From: Phoronis australis
Lineage: Eukaryota > Animalia > Phoronida
Direction of reading: 5' to 3'
Assembly (NCBI GenBank): GCA_002633005.1
Contig: NMRA01000402.1
Span: 273,540 to 337,539 of the forward strand
Length of the DNA: 64,000 nucleotides
Below the pieces are notes generated by a model. It had not been told where the DNA came from, did not search any database, and was given only the letters and a program-made list of their open reading frames with translations. Both the position numbers and the translations under genes were made by a program. Of this stretch, positions 55,501 through 64,000 are shown in pieces; the stretch's first letter is position 1, and each line of letters opens with the position of its first letter.

Positions 55501-58500
55501 CAGAACTTTAAATAGGTGACAACTGTTGCTATCTTCAAGAGTCCTACCGAGGCCCGTAGCCAGCATTGCGCACGGGGTGGTTCAAATTTCTTGAACGGTG
55601 GACTTTTGATATTTTTCAAACGTCGACACTGTGGAGTTTTCATTAAGGCCCTCAGTTGACGCAGCTTAATCTGGGGAAAAGGAAATCTGTATACACAACG
55701 ATGACTCTCAGCTCTATGTTTCTGAGATGAGACAAAATTAGTAATACCAGAGATGAGGATGCCGTGACGGTTGCGCGCAAAGAACGGGACTCATTTCGGA
55801 TGTAATGTGGCCCAAAAAGTTTTTGCGTTACTTCCTGCCAAATTTTCAAATCAGGCATGCTTAAATGAGTGATTACACGTACTCGGACAGAAATATTTAG
55901 TCGGAGAATAACTTGACGAAATTGTTTATCTAGTTATATTTTTGTGTGTTACTGAAGTTGCTTACATCGTTGGAAATGGAAACACCCCAATACTCACCGC
56001 TCGTTCGCCATTCCGAAGGTTCACTACTACGAAATGATCTAACTTTTTCAACTCATGCGTATTTTTTTACACATTTATATACATAAATAAATGATACATA
56101 CACTGAGTGATGTACCTATACCGAAAACAACGCCTGGGTACTAAAATACCTTTAATGTTTGGCTTTCATGCGCAAGCGAAATTGCCCGGAAGTCTTACGA
56201 ACTCTGAAAATGAGAACGCTATTGCATTTTATGGATTGAGAATATTGATAAATTATCAACCACGATACATTCATTAAGTCCATGTCAAGGTCGCATCGTT
56301 TCACAGCGCGATTGAAAAGTTTAAGGCCGCTGCGCCTGAACCTCACCCACCGGGACCACGCACACGACGGGTCGAAATTAAATGTAGTAAGCAGGCTCTC
56401 CTGTCCCTGCCAGTCTTCACGAAGTCAGTGAGCCCCATTCAGCCTTCTCAAATTTCAAACCGTTGTTCGCCGCAGGCCTGACCCGTTCCCCACATGTTGT
56501 CCATGCTCGAGAATGACTCGTTATTTAGAATCAAGAATCATGACTGGCATTGAGTGGAACTGAGCTCATTTGTAAACAATCATGACACGTACAGTCGGGG
56601 CAATAAGAACTAGTCAACTTTCGCACCCCGTTTAAATGGATATTAAATGGACACAACTACAATAATTTATCTATGTTTGCAACAACTCATTAGCAGACAA
56701 TCAGAGTAATGAACTGTGTAGCTCAGCGGTTTGAGGTAGGGACTCCTGTTAGAACCTGGATATAATGCGAAAGCGACTCCTGGGGCTGTGCTTATATTTA
56801 AGAAAAAAAATAACTGTCGGATTTCTGGTTTTGGAATTGCGGACATTTGAAATAGTGAACTTTCGAAGGTGGCACACCTTCTGGGTAGTGGAACTTCGGA
56901 GTAGCGAACCGTCGGCATTTTGGCATCTAACCTTGGAAATCTTTTCCATCACGTACATGTACATGTACATGTAAGTTGCTCGTATGAAGACTGTGAACCA
57001 TTTACATTATTGACAAGAGAAGCCTATTTTCACTGACCAAAGTTTAAATAGGTCTAGACCTACTTTTCCCAAAAAATGTGAACGTTCTCGTCGGTGTTTT
57101 CTCAGAGCAAGCAAACAACGGTTATGGTTAAGTTCTCTTTTTGAGCAACTATGGAGGGCTACCAAATGTCGGCTTCTATTGAATTTAAAAGGCCTGAAAC
57201 GCACACACTTGTACACGCACGCATGTCAATCCACCAATCCACAATCGAATTGGACAGTTGATAAAAAACATACCTATATTTGACGAACACTTTCAATTCC
57301 AAATTTCAAAGCGCCTGTCCTTTAACGCACTATGATAGCAGGCAATATTTGATTACAAACCTATTTTCTGCCGTTCTGTGTCTTGGTTGACTTTAAGGCA
57401 TTCACACCGCACTGTGACTTTTGGGAGCTCCCTTTTTATCGCTGCTATACACATGTAGCTTAGCTAGGTATAGACATTTACTTTATGACTTCTTGTTTCC
57501 CTACGGTGTAACCACCGCGTATGTGCAATGCCGATGAGTAACACAAGGACTCCTCTAATTTTGTCTGCAAGATCCTGTCATCTACGCGAATACCACTCGG
57601 GCGAAGTTGGCCCGGTACGGCCAGATGATTACGTGAAGCGCTTCGAATCCGAACCCAATCAAAATAATTACTAACTTAGTTATGATTGTAGCTAGTAGTG
57701 TCAGTAGCTGCAATAATTTTGTTGTTGTTCATCTGTGTCCTATACTTAACGGATAGGCTGGGGCTGGACCTTTTCCGCGGAGGGGTGGGGGTGGGGNGGG
57801 GTTCGTTCCAACCCATCGACCCCCCCTGGCTACGGGACTGGGTACTACCTATCGTGGGCTTCTGTTATAATGGAATGATATCACATATATTGGAACAGAA
57901 CAGTAGCTAAATCCACTGTTCCTTGCCAGAGAATGGTCTCTACAGAGCTTTGCATTCTCTAAAACTTGTATTAGAATCCGAAAAAATAGAAACGTGAGCA
58001 TACTTAATTTTATACATTTTAGAAATATGGAAACTGACCTATTTTCGTGATAACTCGGGTATTGAAAAGTACATGTAACTGACTATCTAAGGTTGACATT
58101 CATTCTTCCTTTTTCGCCTCATCTGTCGTTTTTTCTCTTATTTTTTCTTACCAGAGTTCAGTTTACAACTGTCTCCCCCACTTAAATCGCATTTGCCATG
58201 GCTACCAGTTTTCGCCTGTTCACGCCTGCAAATTATTGGGGATGTCGTGCCCCTCACGTTTCCCTTGGTCCTCGGTTTCTGCTCTGGAAACTGGTGAAAC
58301 GGGAGCTAAGTCAATCACAGAACGTCTGAAAACCGCTACAAACTTGAAGGGGCAAAAAACCCGAGCGTCTGTCAAAAACAGCTTTTCCCCAGTGAGCTTC
58401 CTGTCATATTGAGTTAATTTCAGCTGCCAAGACTGTCTGTCAAAAGAGTCCAATGCGATTGATGTCATTGTTACTGTACTTTCAATTCAAAGAAAATATA

Positions 58501-59764
58501 ACGATGACGTTGCTTTGTAGGAGCAAATGCCCCTCTCGACATAATTTATGCTTTTAATACCTGAACGTGATTAACGGCGATTTTGAATTAAAAAAAAGAC
58601 AAATATAAAATTTACATTTGGTGACTTAGTTGTAACCAAAACCGGACCATTCCGGGCTACTCATACATACTTTTACAACACACAAGTATACGTTCTTGCA
58701 CAGAGACGGCAAGTGTGACCTAATAGTTTAGGAAATTGCGCCATCTTGCCTCTAAGGGAAATTATTACACTAGGTTAAAATGTATTACTGAAATGCTAAA
58801 AAATTGTGCTCTTGTGTTTTGTGACTGTATGACCTGTGAACATCTGGCACAAAGCAAACAATACCAGGTCTCCCGCACTTTCTTAAGAATCGTTGTATGC
58901 GCGAATTAGTAAGGAACTTTCCAGAATAACTGTTCGATAACCCTATCATTCCAGACAGTGTGCCCAGGATCGGAGCTCCTGGTTTGGTATGGTGTGCAGT
59001 ACAAACTTTTCTTCGGTATTCCTGCTCTGCACAATGACGGAAATTTGACCCTGGATCACCGCAATAAGCAGGCGCGTAAGTACACATAAAGAGTGAGTGA
59101 CTTACAGGCCTCGTTTTCCTGTTTTACTGGCAGTTATTGTCTTCAATCCTGGGTGAATCTTCAAAAGTTGGAGTGCGCGCTTTTGGTGTAAAAGCACACG
59201 AAGAACTGAGGGCTCGAATGTCGTTGCTCCTAAAGTACATTAGCATCATCAACATCATCATTACCATCACAATTATTATGATCTTCATCATCACCGTCGT
59301 CATCATCATCAGGATCGTCGTCGTTGTTGTCGTCGTCGTCATCATGATGAGTGTTTGTCAATGTGTCGACCAAATATCCAAATCCTTTCGACTAGAAGAC
59401 GTTTCAATTCTCGCCAAATCTCGACAAATTCTCGACAATTGTTGTCATAACGTCGTAAACTGTCGCATTTACATGTAGCTCTGAATATAGCTCCACAAAA
59501 ATAGTATGTTATTGCCAAAAGTTGCCTAAACTGCCAAAAAAAAAACGTCAAGTGGGAAGCTTCTTTAAGTGTGAAGAAGTCTGAAAATGTTCTGTCGCAC
59601 ACCGTCTAGCTTACAGTGTGTTTTTTCAAAACTCTTTTACTTCACATTGCTTGTAGCGATCAGAAGTGATCCAAGATTACGTTTTGATGTCGGATGCCCA
59701 ATGATTGACTTTGAATTTCCTACGATGCTTAAAATGGTGAAGAACGCGAAAACTAAACATATTG

Positions 59765-59845
<81 letters not shown>

Positions 59846-62800
59846 AAGTGGTTCTTGGCCACTGAAACAAAAGCCGAAACTGTTCACTAGGTATTTTACA
59901 GTTTATTCGTAAATATTTTGAATTTCTGTAGATGCCAAGGTATTTTTCTTTTAGTTCAACACATGGCATTTGCTTATCACTTCCGTAGGTTTTTCTCCCA
60001 CTGACCATATCACATCTCCTCATTTGGTATGACAAGACATGTAGTACAATTACCCAATATGGAAAATGTAACCCTTAACCTTTGGAGTAAATGTGCGCAT
60101 GTGCACATATATATTATTAAGGGCGGAAAATTTGGAAACTATATTGGGACGAAAGAGTCCGTACACTCGCAAGTTCTCTGCGTGCCGCTAGGTGGTAGAC
60201 AGCACGCAGGCACCTTTTAATGTTCCTAGGGAAATTATTTTACACCAGCTGGTCGAATTCTCAACAGGCAGCGTTTTACGCAAAAAACTGGCATGATTGA
60301 TGGAGGAAGTGTAAAATAATGTGGTCTGTTGTACAGACAAATCGGTCAAAATGGTCAAGAAATGTTAATCCCAGAAAATTGTGGTTGCGCGGCCTTTTCG
60401 GAGTACATCTTTCTACTGTAGCTGACTTTTGTTTGCGTTTCTCTCCTATATTCATACGGTATGAATAGCACACTAGTTAAATCGGCCAGATGACGGTATG
60501 TTTACTTACATGTATGTGCTTCAACGTACAGTATATAGGCATTGTATCAACTACAATCACCAAGCCAACTCTGTTAGTATTATCTGCAGAGAACCCAATA
60601 AGGAGTTACTGTACATTAAAGAGTCATTGGCCATTCAGAACCAGCATGCCACTGATTCTCTGAATGACATGCAGAGCTCTGTAACCTGTGCTATGGTGAT
60701 GACCAGCTACTGACCATATTCTATGTATCTCTCACTTCACTCTATGGATGTTACCTGAGCTGTATGTTGGCACTTGTTGTCATAAATTGTTGTAAATGTG
60801 ATCCTGATGATGTCTAATGAAAAGACGAAACGTTGAATTGAACATGAACTTTTTTATTTGTGCCGCGATTGTCCTCTCCTTGTATAAAAGTACATAAACC
60901 AGTGTCCTTATTCCGGTAGTGCTTTGCACTTAGGGCTAAGTAAGATGATGTTTCATAAATATTGTGCAGCAAAGATTCTGTTCGAGATGAGAGCGGCAGG
61001 CACCCTGCTCCCGTCTCACTCTACGTACGTTAAGGGCCAGAGTCTTGAAGGCCATGACGAGGGTGCTGAGGCACCAAGCGCCAGCTCGTTGGCCATCTTT
61101 ATATCTAACTGCCCAATAAGAGCAACCGTTTCATTTAACCCAAATCCCCTAATCAAATATAAACATTTTTCATAAAATATAAATATTTGTTATAAAATAT
61201 AAATCAGTATCTTTGAAACAAAATACAAAAATTTCGGCAAAATTTTATTCGAAGCATGAACGAAGCTCTTGAGGTTTACGTAGGCGAACCAAAGGTGGCC
61301 AACATCAAAATAAGATAATGCATGACCGAAGGCATTTGTTCAGCAAAACAAAAACACGACTGAATAATCTCCTTTCCGTCGATAGTACAAAAAAATGGAA
61401 AAGGGTCGGCCTGCCTATTGGTCACGACTCGATCTTTGAACCTGTTGGCGACCGTCACAGAATTAAATAAAATCAGTGTAACCGGTGGTCCCACGGTAAT
61501 ACACAAATCACCTTACAGCGTGTCGTATACCTTTTGGTTTAGCACAACAGTATGTCGATTTCTTTATAAGTTTCATTGCTACGATTTTGCATACTTGGTT
61601 AAAATATACACTTGTATGTGTTCACAGCATCTCACGTCACTTCCGCACGACACTCCGGAAAGTGCAAAGAACTAAAGAAACACGGACGATATTCGTGCGT
61701 TTTGTGCCGACAAGGGTTCAACTCGCGCAGCAATCTCCGTTCGCACATGCGCACACACACCCTGGAGAAGCCGTTTGTATGCAGGTTCTGTGGACGGCGA
61801 TTTAGCCAATCTTCAACTTTGAGAAATCATACCAGACTCCATACTGGTAAGTTTTGTAACGTGTACATGTATATACCTAGTAAATCGCCTTCTGGAATGA
61901 GTCATGGAATGACGTGGCAGGAACTAAGTGGTCACTTGTGACACTACACCAAGCGAGAGTAATATGGGATTTAAACCCAATCAGATTCAATTTCTTTATA
62001 TTTTACCGATTTAGAGCGACGATTAAATTTCATTGGTCGAATTATTAAAACATGAACATATAACTGCCATGTAGAGCCTACATGTGCGGTTTTACTGTCA
62101 ACGTCCATTGTAGTTCCTTGTAACCCAGCAATTGCCCGTATTGGTAACCTACATATTGTTGTTTATTGACATCAAATCTTTTATTAATAAAAACAGTCCA
62201 AAATGCATAGATCTTTAGCCAGCTGTTATGAGGGAGTACATGTATGTTAATTGGGGAGCCGAGATGACTTCTAGTGACGTTTTGACGATTTATTGGCATA
62301 ATGCCGTTTTGACCGTGTGGTGCCTGTTCTGTGGGATAGCCGAGGAGCAAGATTGTTGTTTACCATACAACATTAAAACCTCGAAAGTCGGATCCTTTTT
62401 TATCCGAGGAATCGGATTGGCGACGATTTTGTTTGTATTTGACACCTACTGCCATCACCATGTGGAACAAGAGTTCAACGTTTACGACCAATTTATGTAC
62501 AAAGTGCAAACTGAATTCACTCACCACAAAAAGAGACTTATGCATTGCAGTCTACGCCATAAGTACTTGACGACAGGTTTTAAAGCTTCAATTCGAAAAG
62601 TTTAGATGACTAAAACAGCTTACATAGTAACGCATATACTCTCATTACTTCATCGTCACAGTGGCGGATCGAGGATACCATAAGGGGTGGGCCGACATGT
62701 TGCCTCGAGAAATTGGACGAAACGCGACTGTATACGCGCAGGCGGCCCGAAAGTTGTGGGACCTGGATTGTGATCGTTTTGTTCCGTAAAAGCCGTCGGT

Positions 62801-64000
62801 GGACTAAAAAACAAAAAAATAAATAAAAAAATCAATTCGAAAAAAAAAACCGGGAACGCGATTCCGCCCCCCTCCCCCTTCTCCGACTGCTGGTCCTAGT
62901 TACTTTGAACCCATCATTTAGTCGCGCTTCACACTGTTGCTGTTTCATAATGGTTGCAGCTGCCTGTGCGTCATAATATAGTCCTGAACGTGAACCAGGA
63001 TTCTATTTGTGTTACTCAACAAAGTCATGACATGAACACTACATGTACACTACATTTACATTACATGTNTGTTGCCTCGAGAAATTGGACGAAACGCGAC
63101 TGTATACGCGCAGGCGGCCCGAAAGTTGTGGGACCTGGATTGTGATCGTTTTGTTCTGTAAAAGCCGTCGGTGGACTGAAAAAAAAAAAATAAATAAAAA
63201 AATCAATTCGAAAAAAAACCGGGAACGCGATTCCGCCCCCCTCCCCCTTCTCCGACTGCTGGTCCTAGTTACTTTGAACCCATCATTTAGTCGCGCTTCA
63301 CACTGTTGCTGTTTCATAATGGTTGCGGCTGCCTGTGCGTCATAATATAGTCCTGAACGTGAACCAGGATTCTATTTGTGTTACTCAACAAAGTCATGAG
63401 ATGAACACTACATGTACACTACATTTACATTACATGTACACTACATGTACATGTACATGCACATCAGCAACTGAGGATAACGGTTCGGATCTCTATGACG
63501 TTGGATAATCTAAAATTGCAAATTAGAAAAATAGTGTACATATTGCCCCTAGCAGGAATTGTCTTTAAGTTTGGATTGTTGTGTTTTTAGCGATGACGAA
63601 CCAAACACAGTGCCAATATTAATGTCCCTTCAATGATATACGTAATCAGGTTTGACCCGGGTACCCACTGTGGTGAGTACATCGTTGTCACCGAAAGTTT
63701 ATCTTCATACGGTAATTCTTGAATTTTTAAGACCCCAATGTTTTCTTAATTGCAGGAGAAAGACCATATAAGTGCTTTACCTGCAACTCCGCCTACTCGC
63801 AGCTTGCTGGACTCCGAGCCCACCTGAAGAGCGCTGCTCACAGGCCGCGCTTAGTCGCCACCAAAGGCAGCAGCAACGCTAACTCGAACCTCAGCAACAG
63901 CAGCAGCAGCAATATCAGCACATTGAAAACACCGCAATTGCAAGATGCAGAAAAGACAAGAAACTCTCTCATTGCTACAAAACATGGACAGGAGTCTCAC
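49418..64000 (+). CDS. PRDM12: PR/SET domain zinc finger protein 12; runs off the window end
   Basis: Exons 49418-49541, 52335-52525, 54457-54609, 58955-59075, 61628-61846, 63756->64000, all phase-consistent. The fingers [69 protein letters not shown] are characteristic of PRDM12. Confidence 0.95.
49558..49593. repeat. (TTA)n microsatellite
   Basis: Direct inspection. Confidence 0.9.
52335..52525 (+). CDS. PRDM12: PRDM12 exon (PR domain N-part)
   Basis: [36 protein letters not shown]. Confidence 0.92.
53955..54138 (+). mobile_element. tRNA-derived SINE (same family as 22625-22882)
   Basis: GAGGAGGCAGTGTGGCCCAGTGTGA..GTCGTGGGTTCCAGTCC..GTTCCAGGTGATCAGTGCAATGGGCTCACATGC. Confidence 0.7.
54457..54609 (+). 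CDS. PRDM12: PRDM12 exon (PR domain core)
   Basis: [35 protein letters not shown]. Confidence 0.93.
55549..57840. mobile_element. Possible ~2.3 kb non-autonomous hAT-like element
   Basis: Ends AGGCCCGTAGCCAG / CTGGCTACGGGACTG with a degenerate flanking duplication (GTCCTACC vs GTACTACC). Confidence 0.45.
58955..59075 (+). CDS. PRDM12: PRDM12 exon (PR domain C-part)
   Basis: [23 protein letters not shown]; absent from the ORF track, found by motif; AG/GTAAGT. Confidence 0.92.
59243..59348. repeat. Degenerate (ATC/GTC)n microsatellite
   Basis: Direct inspection. Confidence 0.85.
59767..59843. repeat. (TTA)n microsatellite
   Basis: Direct inspection. Confidence 0.95.
60531..60885 (+). mobile_element. 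Penelope-like element 3' relic (GIY-YIG endonuclease tail plus pLTR)
   Basis: [27 protein letters not shown] matches the H..H..E..KE..I..LN pattern of PLE endonuclease C-termini; followed by a hammerhead motif. Confidence 0.75.
60795..60845 (+). ncRNA. Minimal (Penelope-type) hammerhead ribozyme motif
   Basis: CUGAUGA(60804-10)-U-GUCU[aaugaaa]AGAC-GAAA(60827-30)-CGUU; palindromic AACGUU as stem III. Confidence 0.6.
61628..61846 (+). CDS. PRDM12: PRDM12 exon (ZF1-2)
   Basis: [47 protein letters not shown]. Confidence 0.95.
62697..63437. repeat. ~370 bp direct duplication across a single N (63069)
   Basis: 62697-63068 vs 63070-63437, near-identical. Confidence 0.88.
63756..64000 (+). CDS. 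PRDM12: PRDM12 exon (ZF3 and Ser/Asn-rich tail), truncated by the window
   Basis: [30 protein letters not shown].. Confidence 0.93.

Noticed and set aside
59124-60035. Poly-T/M, poly-L and poly-N ORFs (also the IYIY ORFs near 13400-13650)
   Set aside because: Translations of microsatellites.
59989-60078. Alternative PRDM12 exon (HLLIWYD resembles ELLVWYG)
   Set aside because: It runs to a stop, the similarity is 4-5 residues, and the true exon is at 58955-59075.
62697-63437. Biological tandem duplications at single-N joins (13903, 36836, 47901, 63069)
   Set aside because: Each junction coincides exactly with an N and the copies differ at allele-like levels, typical of overlapping contig ends.

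Overview
Eukaryotic (invertebrate animal-like, AT-rich, GT-AG introns) draft-assembly DNA with three spliced genes reconstructed by hand. (1) Minus strand, ~2.5-8.7 kb: a 6TM K+-type (GYGD) channel with a C-linker and a degenerate cyclic-nucleotide-binding domain; its 5' exons were not found and its last exon is uncertain. (2) Plus strand, 22.4-38.7 kb: GPR107/108 (GOST/LUSTR family), 13 exons found; the signal-peptide exon is missing and one exon is duplicated across an assembly join. (3) Plus strand, 49.4 kb to the window end: PRDM12 (PR/SET plus 3 C2H2 fingers), 6 exons. Intergenic and intronic DNA holds a decayed LINE, a THAP-domain transposon relic, two Penelope-like relics with minimal hammerhead-ribozyme motifs (one core-intact and sense within a PRDM12 intron), a tRNA-derived SINE family, many MITEs and mini/microsatellites. 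Four local duplications sit at single-N joins and are probably haplotype artefacts. There are no prokaryotic systems or CRISPR arrays. I found no clearly new biological system. The best leads are the intronic hammerhead, the ligand-degenerate K+ channel and the GPR107-PRDM12 linkage.
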